A stretch of 64,000 nt of DNA from NCBI GenBank assembly GCA_947480335.1, contig CANKCB010000005.1, positions 8,018 to 72,017 of the forward strand, read 5' to 3'. The stretch comes from Gammaproteobacteria bacterium. GTDB lineage: Bacteria > Pseudomonadota > Gammaproteobacteria > Eutrophobiales > Eutrophobiaceae. Positions 56,397-64,000 of this stretch are shown here, piece by piece; position 1 is the first letter of the stretch, and the number at the start of each line of letters is the position of its first letter. The notes below the pieces were generated by a model, which had not been told where the DNA came from, made no database searches, and saw nothing but the letters and a program-made list of their open reading frames with translations. A program made the position numbers and the translations under genes.

Positions 56397-56530
56397 TGTG
56401 AGGGGTGAGGAGTAAGGGGTGAGGAGAGGAAGGTGAGGGGGGCGAGGAGAGGAAGGTGAGGGGTGAGGCGTGAGGGGAGAAGTGAGGAGTGAGGCGTGAG
56501 GGGAGAAGTGAGGAGTGAGGGGTGAGGAGT
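56397..56530 (+). repeat. Long G/A-rich heptamer repeat tract (GTGAGGN family)
   Basis: About 134 bp of GTGAGGG/GTGAGGA/GTGAGGC units with higher-order duplications, directly after the prfB stop. Confidence 0.92.
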
Positions 56531-56565
56531 CTGGAAGATAAGTTAGAGTCCACAAAAATTGAAAC

Positions 56566-56593
56566 CGTCATTCCCGCGAAGGCGGGAATCCAG
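56566..56593 (+). repeat. REP-like palindrome CGTCATTCCCGCGAAGGCGGGAATCCAG
   Basis: ATTCCCGC-GAAG-GCGGGAAT hairpin. Related copies occur at about 49562, 60571 and 63255 (reverse). Confidence 0.85.
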
Positions 56594-56690
56594 TAGACTC
56601 AATCCTGTTCTCCTGTGGGTCACTTTCACCCGTAGGACGAAAGTGTTTATGCGATAATCCATTACATTAATCCAATATTAAAATTGAAAC

Positions 56691-58187
56691 ATGACTGACG
56701 AACATCACAGTACCGAAGACGAACTGATAGCCCAGCGCCGTGATCATCTACAACGATTACGTGATGGTGGTATCGCCTATCCGAATGATTTTAGCCCCGA
56801 CAGTCTGGCGGCCGAGTTGCATCACCAGTTTGATAACAGTGATAAGGATGAACTGCTCGCCAAACAGCTTCGGGTCAAACTGGCCGGACGTATGATGAGC
56901 CGCCGGATCATGGGCAAGGCCTCATTTGCGGACTTGCAGGACCGGTCCGGCAGGATTCAGCTGTTTGTCAAAAAGGACGAATTATCTGAACAGGGTTATG
57001 ACACATTTAAAGAATTCGATCTCGGCGACATCATCGCAGCGGAAGGGTATTTGTTTATCACCAAAACCGGCGAGTTGTCTATCCATGTAGAGTCACTGCG
57101 CTTATTGACCAAGTCATTGCGGCCCTTGCCGGAAAAATTCCATGGCTTGACCGATCAGGAAACCCGCTATCGCCAGCGTTATCTGGATCTGCTGACCAAT
57201 GAAGATACTCGCCGCGTATTTATGATACGTACCCGGGTGATTAATTTTATCCGTGCGTTCCTGAATCAGCACGGGTTTACCGAAGTGGAAACGCCGATGA
57301 TGCATCCGGTACCCGGCGGCGCCACGGCCAGACCTTTCAAGACACATCATAATGCACTCGACATGGAACTGTTCCTGCGCATCGCACCCGAGCTGTATCT
57401 GAAACGCTTGCTGGTCGGTGGTATGGATCGGGTGTTCGAGATCAACCGCAGTTTCCGCAATGAAGGTTTGTCGACTCGCCACAATCCGGAATTCACCATG
57501 CTGGAATTCTATCAGGCGTATGCGAACTATCATCATTTGATGGATCTTACCGAAACCATGTTGCGATCACTGGTGATGGAATTGTTTAACAGCACCACGC
57601 TCAGTTCACAAGGAGAAACCTATGAACTGTCCCGGCCGTTCCGGCGTATGACGGTGGTCGAATCCATCCTGCAGTTCAATCCGGGCGTCACTGAAGCAGA
57701 ATTGCGCGAATTAAACTCTGCCCGTGCACTGGCGGAAAAGCTGAAGATCCATGTCGAGCCGAAATACGGCTTAGGCAAGGTGCAAATCGAGATATTTGAA
57801 AAAACGGTTGAATCTAGATTGATCCAGCCGACGTTCATCACGGCCTATCCAACCGAAGTTTCCCCGTTGGCACGCTGTAATGATGTTGATCCATCCGTGA
57901 CAGACCGGTTTGAATTTTTCATTGGTGGGCGGGAAATCGCCAACGGCTTTTCCGAGCTTAACGATCCGGACGATCAGGCTGCACGCTTTCACAAACAGGC
58001 CGATGAAAAGGCGGCCGGTGATCAGGAAGCGATGCATTATGATGCGGACTATATCACCGCACTCGAGTACGGCATGCCACCCGCGGCGGGCGAGGGTATT
58101 GGTATCGACAGGCTGGTAATGCTGCTGACCGATTCACCGACAATACGCGATGTGATCCTGTTCCCGCATATGCGGTTAAAGGAATAA
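56691..58187 (+). CDS. lysS: Lysine--tRNA ligase (class II)
   Basis: [26 protein letters not shown] and GIGIDRL motifs. Confidence 0.97.
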   Translation: MTDEHHSTEDELIAQRRDHLQRLRDGGIAYPNDFSPDSLAAELHHQFDNSDKDELLAKQLRVKLAGRMMSRRIMGKASFADLQDRSGRIQLFVKKDELSEQGYDTFKEFDLGDIIAAEGYLFITKTGELSIHVESLRLLTKSLRPLPEKFHGLTDQETRYRQRYLDLLTNEDTRRVFMIRTRVINFIRAFLNQHGFTEVETPMMHPVPGGATARPFKTHHNALDMELFLRIAPELYLKRLLVGGMDRVFEINRSFRNEGLSTRHNPEFTMLEFYQAYANYHHLMDLTETMLRSLVMELFNSTTLSSQGETYELSRPFRRMTVVESILQFNPGVTEAELRELNSARALAEKLKIHVEPKYGLGKVQIEIFEKTVESRLIQPTFITAYPTEVSPLARCNDVDPSVTDRFEFFIGGREIANGFSELNDPDDQAARFHKQADEKAAGDQEAMHYDADYITALEYGMPPAAGEGIGIDRLVMLLTDSPTIRDVILFPHMRLKE

Positions 58188-58412
58188 CAACGGGAATTGC
58201 GTTAGTCCCTCGGGACTTGCGTAACTAGCCTTCGGCCCTCTTAAATTTTGTAAATGCCCTAAGTTTACAAAACCACTGCAACATTTTAACAGGGTGGTGC
58301 ACTTGTTTTGTGAACTTAGGTTATCCACGAATAAACAAAATCCCGCCGTATGAGTCTCTGCTCACGCAGCCCAGGAATGACGGAATAATCATCGTGGCAC
58401 TTATGCCCCAGC

Positions 58413-58492
58413 CGTCATTTTTGCGAACGCGACCCACAGGATGTGGGAAATGTCGCGAGAGGACATCGATGTCCGGAGCGACCAGAATCCAG
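58413..58492 (+). repeat. 80-bp extended REP-like element
   Basis: CGTCAT...GCGAACGCGACCCACAGGATGTGGGAAATGTCGCGAGAGGACATCGATGTCCGGAGCGACCAG. A near-identical copy is at 61135-61213 and a partial reverse copy at about 61361-61403. Confidence 0.85.
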
Positions 58493-58575
58493 CAATAAAA
58501 AAAAATTCAGCCGCACAAGGCTTTGCTAACGCGGCCCGGAATGTCAAATGCCGGAGAACTACCTTATTCGCAGAC

Positions 58576-58612
58576 AAAAAAACAGGTGGCGCCCGTCAAG
58601 GCACCACCTGTC
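58576..58612 (-). terminator. Terminator of the OmpA-family gene
   Basis: ACAGGTGG...CCACCTGT stem followed by a T-run on the minus strand. Confidence 0.75.
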
Positions 58613-58627
58613 AGTACTATAGGACGA

Positions 58628-59494
58628 TTAGTTCTGTATTCTGAAATCTACTCGTCTGTTTTGCGCACGGCCTGCATCGGTATCGTTGCTGGCCACAGGT
58701 GAACCTTCACCCATACCCGATGCTGAAAGGCGATTGGCAGCAATTCCATGATTGACAAGGAAGTTCACCACCGTTTCCGCACGACGTTGTGACAAAGCCA
58801 TGTTGTAAGCGTCAGAGCCACGGCTGTCAGTATGGCCTTCAATCTTGACGATGATTCCGGCATTATCCTTCAGCATCTTCACGGCCTCATTCAGCTTGCC
58901 TGTCGCAGTTGAGGTCAAGTCAGACTTGTCATAGGCAAAATTCACCCCTTCCAGGCTGAAGATTACATGACAACCGCGTTCGTTAACGGCCTGTCCCATC
59001 GGTGTATTCGGGCAATCATCGCTGCCATCAATCACACCATCCCCGTCAGTGTCCAGCGGGCAACCCGTGCTATTCACGGCTACACCACGCGGCGTATTCG
59101 GGCAACGGTCATTGTTGTCGGTTACGCCATCGCCATCACTGTCGAGCGGACAACCGGAAGCATTCACTGGCGTACCACGCGGAGTATTCGGACAGTTGTC
59201 CATATCATCCATCACACCATCGCCATCGCTGTCCATCATCTTCTTTTGTGCAACCGGTGTTGTCTTTTCATCCTGACACAAGTAGTAGCCAACGAGCCCA
59301 CCGAGTATGGCACCACCACCTATCGCTGCCTTGTTATTCGAAGCCAGAGCACCGGCACCGGCACCCGTTGCCGACATAGCCAAAAAGCATATCCCTTCTT
59401 TGGTAATTGAGCTGTCGCTACCGCCCGTGGTCGCACACCCTGACATAAAACTTGTGATACAAATCAATGCTATTAAAGTGAATTTACTCTTCAT
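58628..59494 (-). CDS. OmpA-family lipoprotein with thrombospondin type-3 repeats
   Basis: Lipobox MSGC, glycine-zipper segment, three DxDGDGVxDxxDxCPNTPxG repeats, then OmpA_C motifs GHTDSRGS and NRRV. Confidence 0.92.
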   Translation of the reverse strand: MKSKFTLIALICITSFMSGCATTGGSDSSITKEGICFLAMSATGAGAGALASNNKAAIGGGAILGGLVGYYLCQDEKTTPVAQKKMMDSDGDGVMDDMDNCPNTPRGTPVNASGCPLDSDGDGVTDNNDRCPNTPRGVAVNSTGCPLDTDGDGVIDGSDDCPNTPMGQAVNERGCHVIFSLEGVNFAYDKSDLTSTATGKLNEAVKMLKDNAGIIVKIEGHTDSRGSDAYNMALSQRRAETVVNFLVNHGIAANRLSASGMGEGSPVASNDTDAGRAQNRRVDFRIQN

Positions 59495-59703
59495 AAGTTG
59501 TCTCCTGATTTTGACGGTTAGTCCAAATCTAGACTCAACCCATATACCTGGCTGTAACCTAAACCTGAATCCGAGACCTTATTAACATTGTTCGAGTAGG
59601 TTCGTATGTGCGTTGACATACAGAAGGCGAATTTGGCAAAAAACCACATCGTGTTTTCTCCTTCTGTCATTCTGGCGAATGCGACCAGCCTCCATTTCCC
59701 AGT

Positions 59704-59739
59704 CGTCATCCCGGGGCCGCGCATGCGGAACCCGGGATC
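59704..59739 (+). repeat. REP-like palindrome
   Basis: CGTCATCCCGGGGCCGCGCATGCGGAACCCGGGATC, with a related reverse copy at about 63211-63246. Confidence 0.75.
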
Positions 59740-59816
59740 AAGTAAAATAACACCGCCGCATGGCAGTTATGAGTGTCGTCATACGAATTCCTATGCACTG
59801 TATCCGAACTACGACC

Positions 59817-60158
59817 TTATTCTTCGTTATGTAACTTGTTAACTTCACTTAACAGAACTGGTAATTTACTTTGTAATAAATCCCAAACCAGATAATCGTC
59901 AATCTCGGCATAACCATGGATTAAAATATTCCGGAAATTAACAAGCTTGCGATAATCGGAAATATGGATGACAACTGCAGGATCAAGCTTTGCTAATTTA
60001 CTGATAGCTTCTCCAATAATTTCAAACTGTCGTTCTATGGCAGACCTGAGCAGTGGATCGTTGAGATAGTCATTTTGAGTCTTGCCGCCTGAGAAGCGGT
60101 CAAGGTAGGTGGCTGCACGCTTTATATCGAACAGATATTTCCGGACTTCAAGCTGCAT
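59817..60158 (-). CDS. HepT-like HEPN ribonuclease toxin (DUF86)
   Basis: AIERQFEIIGEA and the HEPN motif RNILIHGY (Rx4HxY). Confidence 0.92.
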   Translation of the reverse strand: MQLEVRKYLFDIKRAATYLDRFSGGKTQNDYLNDPLLRSAIERQFEIIGEAISKLAKLDPAVVIHISDYRKLVNFRNILIHGYAEIDDYLVWDLLQSKLPVLLSEVNKLHNEE

Positions 60159-60456
60159 AGAGCAATTCTCGCGACTGCTCAAGTTTTTCCAGGAAATAGG
60201 GGTTTTTTAGTGCCCGTGTGACGACGAGGTCAACCTTCCGATTGAGCAAAGACTCGAGGTCTTCATACAAACCAAAATAATGGTCTGTGTATTCACCCTG
60301 TTTCAGTTGCTCAAAATCCACGAGAAAGTCGATATCACTGTTGACATTATCGAATTTTCCACTCGCAGCAGAACCAAACAATTCCAGCCTGCTGACATGA
60401 TGCTTGCGGCAGAGGGCAACGATTTGCGGACGGAAATTATCAAGTATCTGGATCAT
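60148..60456 (-). CDS. MntA-like minimal nucleotidyltransferase antitoxin
   Basis: LFGSAASG..SDIDFLV and KVDLV; overlaps the HEPN gene. Confidence 0.92.
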   Translation of the reverse strand: MIQILDNFRPQIVALCRKHHVSRLELFGSAASGKFDNVNSDIDFLVDFEQLKQGEYTDHYFGLYEDLESLLNRKVDLVVTRALKNPYFLEKLEQSRELLYAA

Positions 60457-60536
60457 GATTCGAATTTTAGCTTGTATACAGCAATAATCACAAATTTATT
60501 CCCCGTGCTTTGCAGGAAGGCTTTTTCCGAGTAGAA

Positions 60537-60587
60537 AATGCCTGCCCTGCGGGCAGTGCATAATTAGCACCGTCATACTGGCGAACG
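60537..60587 (+). repeat. 51-bp direct repeat, copy 1 (copy 2 at 61101-61151)
   Basis: AATGCCTGCCCT(G/C)CGGGCAGTGCAT-N9-CGTCATACTGGCGAACG flanks the antitoxin gene on both sides. Confidence 0.85.
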
Positions 60588-60687
60588 GCAGTATCCAGTA
60601 GTGCAAGCGCCAGAGTCTCCCGCCCATAAATGTCTGCCTTCCAGGCAGTGACCGAAAATGTCTTATACAATCTGTCGTAACAACCAC

Positions 60688-60715
60688 TTGACATAAGTAA
60701 CCTATAAGTTACCAT
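60688..60715 (+). promoter_or_regulatory. TA promoter with operator palindrome
   Basis: TTGACA -35, GTAAC-CTATAA-GTTAC palindrome (60697-60712) and TACCAT -10. Confidence 0.7.
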
Positions 60716-60720
60716 AACGC

Positions 60721-60768
60721 ATGATTACACGGACTGTGATTGAATATATAGACGAGAGAGCTGATTAA
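60721..60768 (+). pseudogene. Probable internally deleted RelE/HigB-type toxin remnant
   Basis: MITRTVIEYIDERAD* lies between the operator and the antitoxin and stops 1 nt before the antitoxin start. Confidence 0.5.
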
Positions 60769-60769
60769 C

Positions 60770-61099
60770 TTGGCATTAACCAGACATTTTAAAGATACGG
60801 TTACTGCACGTGTGCAAAACGACCCGGCATTTCGCCGTGCCTTGCTGGTTGAAGCAATAGAAACATTTCTAAATGGCGATATCGATACAGGCAAAGCGGT
60901 ACTGCGCGACTATATCAATGCGACTATCGGTTTTGAGAACCTGGCAAAAAAACTGGGTAAAGACAGTAAAAGCATCCACCGAATGCTGGGACCACAAGGC
61001 AACCCACGCGCAGACAATATCTTTACCATATTCAAAATCCTCCAGGACGGAGACCATTTATCGCTACAGGTCAGGGTAGATAGAAGAAGAGCCGCCTGA
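60770..61099 (+). CDS. HTH antitoxin (putative addiction module antidote family)
   Basis: MALTRHFKDTV.AR...DPAF, LRDYINATIGF and RMLGPQGNP motifs. Confidence 0.85.
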   Translation: MALTRHFKDTVTARVQNDPAFRRALLVEAIETFLNGDIDTGKAVLRDYINATIGFENLAKKLGKDSKSIHRMLGPQGNPRADNIFTIFKILQDGDHLSLQVRVDRRRAA

Positions 61100-61134
61100 T
61101 AATGCCTGCCCTCCGGGCAGTGCATCAAATGTGT

Positions 61135-61238
61135 CGTCATACTGGCGAACGCGACCCACAGGATGTGGGAAATGTCGCGAGAGGACATGGATGTCCGGAG
61201 CGACCAGTATCTAATCAAATAACCGCCGAATGGCGGTA
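61135..61238 (+). repeat. Extended REP-like element plus ACCGCCGAATGGCGGT hairpin
   Basis: Copy of the 58413 element; its tail has an inverted counterpart at 63182-63213. Confidence 0.8.
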
Positions 61239-61283
61239 GAAAAACAACTTAACAGTAGGGTGTTGCACTTGTTTCGTGAACTT

Positions 61284-61481
61284 AAGGAAGGATTGTTCAC
61301 TGGCCGCTCGTCCTTTGACTCCAATAGTCACCCTTGGTCTCCGTTCCGGACTCGACTCTACGACATTTTCCACGTCCTGTGGGTCGCATTCGCCAGTATG
61401 ACGAAGGAAGGATTGTTCACTGGCCGCTCGTCCTTTGACTCCAATAGTCATCCTTGGTCTCCGTTCCGGACTCGACTCTAC
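61284..61481 (+). repeat. 78-bp direct repeat x2 (61284-61361, 61404-61481) separated by a REP fragment
   Basis: AAGGAAGGATTGTTCACTGG...GGACTCGACTCTAC with one mismatch and a 120-bp period. Confidence 0.92.
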
Positions 61482-61632
61482 CGATTCCATCCATGGAATC
61501 GTACCGCTTAAATCAATGTAAACGCCTCACACATCCAAGTGCTTCGCGGCATTATTTATTCCGAAATGTGTATACTAAAGAAAAGGTATTATCTAATCTC
61601 ACTAATCTATTGATTGCACGTTGGCTTGAATA

Positions 61633-62907
61633 TTGAAAGTAGCAAATACCCCTGATAAAAAATACGATGTCGTTGTGTTAGGTGCAGGTGCGGCCGGCCT
61701 TATGTGCGCACTGACCGCCGCTGGGAGGGGCAGGCGGGTGTTGGTGCTCGAAAAATCGAACAAAGTGGGAAAGAAAATCCTCATGTCCGGTGGGGGGCGC
61801 TGTAACTTTACCAATCGAATCGTTGAGCCTGAAAACTTTATCTCTGAAAACCCGCATTTTTGTATTGCCGCGTTAAATCGTTACACGCCGTCTGATTTTA
61901 TCGTTATGGTTGAACGTTACGGGATTCACTATGAAGAACGTAAGCATCATCAGTTATTTTGTCAGGACACGGCCAAAGATATAGTAAATATGTTGTTACA
62001 GGAGTGTGAGGCAGGTGGCGTCGAGATATTTGACCATTGCGATGTAAAGGCAATCGCTACGTTGGAACTCGACCCCGAGGAAGTCGACGCTATCGCCCAA
62101 GATTCAATCCCCCGCTACTCACTAAGTGGAGAATGTGGTGTTGATAAGGATGAAGTAATGTTCAACGTAAGCTGCCATTCTCTGGTCATCGCCACCGGCG
62201 CATTATCAATTCCTAAACTGGGTGGTAGTGGTTTTGGTTATGAGGTGGCAAAACAATTTTCTTTGCCATTGACTGAGCGCCGGGCTGGATTGGTGCCGTT
62301 TATGTTTAGTGATTTTATGAAACCAATCTGCGAACGATTATCAGGCATCGCCATTGAGGTGGATGTGCACTGCAATGGACATCTATTTACGGAAAACATT
62401 CTGTTTACGCATCGTGGGATGAGTGGCCCTGTTATTTTACAGATCTCAAATTACTGGCGACCAGGTGATGAGATAACCATTGATCTCTTGCCTAATGTGG
62501 ATGCCAGTAAACTGTTACTGGATTTTAAATACCAACACGGAAGTAGTTTATTAAGAACGCTACTCGCTAAACAATTACCCAGGGCACTGGCGGTGGAATT
62601 ACAGGGTCTATGGTGGCAAGACTATGCCGAATGTCCATTAACGGAATTTAGTGATAAACAATTAATCGAAATAGGCAAGAAAGTGAATCACTGGGCAGTC
62701 AAGCCCTCGGCAACAGAAGGTTATCGAACCGCTGAGGTGACCCTTGGGGGAATTGATACCAATGGCATCAGCTCTAAAACGATGGAATCAAAAAAACAGC
62801 CGGGGTTATATTTTGTCGGTGAAGTGCTGGACGTTAGCGGTCATCTGGGTGGCTTTAATTTTCAATGGGCATGGGCCTCCGGCTACAGTGCAGGCCTGGT
62901 TGTTTAA
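61633..62907 (+). CDS. HI0933/BaiN/YhiN-family flavoprotein
   Basis: GAGAAG, SGGGRCNFTN, LFTHRGMSGP and GGFNFQWAWASG motifs. Confidence 0.93.
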   Translation: MKVANTPDKKYDVVVLGAGAAGLMCALTAAGRGRRVLVLEKSNKVGKKILMSGGGRCNFTNRIVEPENFISENPHFCIAALNRYTPSDFIVMVERYGIHYEERKHHQLFCQDTAKDIVNMLLQECEAGGVEIFDHCDVKAIATLELDPEEVDAIAQDSIPRYSLSGECGVDKDEVMFNVSCHSLVIATGALSIPKLGGSGFGYEVAKQFSLPLTERRAGLVPFMFSDFMKPICERLSGIAIEVDVHCNGHLFTENILFTHRGMSGPVILQISNYWRPGDEITIDLLPNVDASKLLLDFKYQHGSSLLRTLLAKQLPRALAVELQGLWWQDYAECPLTEFSDKQLIEIGKKVNHWAVKPSATEGYRTAEVTLGGIDTNGISSKTMESKKQPGLYFVGEVLDVSGHLGGFNFQWAWASGYSAGLVV

Positions 62908-62987
62908 CAAAGGTTAAATAGGGTCATGTTAAAAGGGATCGGAGACAATGAAGAATAATTCCCGGGTGACTCCGACCAATTTTCCTA

Positions 62988-63173
62988 TGGGAAGGTGTCA
63001 GAGCTTTTAATATTGAGTCTGATGAGGAATGGCTAAAGAATGGTTCTGATAATAAACAGGCAAGAATACCGGGCCTGGCTGATATCCTTGGTTTGAGTGT
63101 GAATAATATTTTACCCATCCGCTACCAGTTAATTCACCGGACGGCATCTGCGTTACTGGGGGCGGAAAGGTTT
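62988..63173 (+). pseudogene. Gene fragment resembling DUF6946-type proteins
   Basis: Startless frame EEWLKNGSDNKQARIPGLADILGL...IRYQLIHRTASALLGAERF. The family is recalled from the RYQLxHRTASA motif and is not verified. Confidence 0.5.
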
Positions 63174-63181
63174 TGCATTAT

Positions 63182-63272
63182 TACCGCCATTCGGCGGTAT
63201 TATCTGACTAGATTCCGGGCACCGCATACGCGGCCCCGGAATGATGAATTAGCGCCTTCGCGGGAATAACGG
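63182..63272 (-). repeat. Composite REP-like cluster in inverted orientation
   Basis: TACCGCCATTCGGCGGTA hairpin, GATTCCGGGCACCGCATACGCGGCCCCGGAATGATG and CCTTCGCGGGAATAACGG. Confidence 0.75.
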
Positions 63273-63358
63273 CGTGAGTAATGCCGCATCAACTAGAAGA
63301 ACAAAATCAAGACGAAAGGTTTAGAATACCCTCTCCAGAATAACCATAAGAGGCAACC

Positions 63359-64000
63359 ATGCTGACGCTCGGGCAAACCTACACCTTGCAGGTATTAAAA
63401 ATGACTGATCAGGGTGCCTATGTGGATGGGGAGGAGCTGGGCGAAATCCTGTTGCCAAACAAGTTTTGTCCCCCTGATCTTGCAGTAGGCAGTGAACTAT
63501 CTGTTTTCCTGTATCAGGATTCTGAAACCCGGCTTATTGTCACGACGCAAATACCCAAAGTGCAGGTTGGGGAATTCGCTTATCTTAAGGTTGTTGCGGA
63601 CTCAGATTACGGTTCTTTTATGGACTGGGGTCTGGACAAGGACTTGCTGGCACCTTTTGGCGAGCAACACGTGCCGATGGAGGTAGACCGCTCCTATCTG
63701 GTGTATGTCTATTTGAATAATGCGGATGGTAGAATCACCGCTTCATCCAAAATCGATAAGTTTCTGAATGATCAAGCGCCACACGACTTCACCCCAGGCC
63801 AACCGGTTGACCTGATCATCGCGAACAGCACGGATCTGGGGTTTAAGGCGATTATCAATCACAGCCATTGGGGATTACTGTACAAAGATGAGGTGTATGA
63901 ACGGCTGAGCTTTGGACAATCGAGGCGTGGTTATATTAAATTTGTGAGACCCGATGGCAAGATAGATCTGGCCCTCAGGATGGAACAAGAGACACGAGAC
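63359..64000 (+). CDS. CvfB/YitL-family S1 RNA-binding protein, partial (runs off the window)
   Basis: Not in the ORF track. Manual translation MLTLGQTYTLQVLKMTDQGAYVDGEELGEILLP...FMDWGLDKDLLAPFGEQ...TDLGFKAIIN..HWGLLY...RPDGKIDL. Confidence 0.88.
   Translation, partial: MLTLGQTYTLQVLKMTDQGAYVDGEELGEILLPNKFCPPDLAVGSELSVFLYQDSETRLIVTTQIPKVQVGEFAYLKVVADSDYGSFMDWGLDKDLLAPFGEQHVPMEVDRSYLVYVYLNNADGRITASSKIDKFLNDQAPHDFTPGQPVDLIIANSTDLGFKAIINHSHWGLLYKDEVYERLSFGQSRRGYIKFVRPDGKIDLALRMEQETRD

Noticed and set aside
56118..56571. Pro/His/Ser/Leu-rich minus-strand ORFs (also 51009-51218)
   Set aside because: These are translations of the heptamer repeats and antisense prfB.
58970..59235. 87-bp periodic repeats
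   Set aside because: They are coding thrombospondin type-3 repeats inside the OmpA-family gene.
61215..61511. Overlapping ORFs with internal repeats, or a mini-CRISPR
   Set aside because: They arise from the 78-bp duplication. There are only two units, the spacer is REP-derived, and no cas genes are present.
62924..63118. 64-aa minus-strand ORF
   Set aside because: It is antisense to the more protein-like + strand fragment and has no motif.

Overview
A gammaproteobacterial chromosomal window that is mostly housekeeping. It carries a PHA cluster (phaA, a degenerate phaB-like gene, phaR and an N-terminally extended phaB), sucAB-lpdA, mdh, rppH, mpl and an isolated rnfE-like gene before nth. 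It continues with an Rsb-type partner-switching module, PP2C and FHA genes, fdxA-mutS, htpG, an HD-GYP gene, prmB-aroC and mgtE. An accessory block at about 30.5-46 kb is followed by tldD-nit, alaC-hom-thrC, recJ-prfB(+1 frameshift)-lysS, and a repeat-rich, toxin-antitoxin-rich end (58-63 kb). The strongest observation is a tfoX-C gene split across both strands that is rebuilt exactly by inverting about 40250-45713; truncated acyltransferase and polyP:AMP phosphotransferase genes sit at the two junctions. Also notable: a PhaB paralog with Tyr->His/Asn->His at the catalytic tetrad beside a PhaB with a ~65-aa extra N-terminus, a Cys-less orphan RnfE, an orphan Hcp upstream of a diguanylate cyclase with a sigma28-like promoter, a secreted amidohydrolase missing its HxH metal motif, and several repeat families around TA genes and decayed genes. 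No tRNA, rRNA, CRISPR array, integrase or transposase was recognised. All family calls come from motif recognition by eye, not from database searches.
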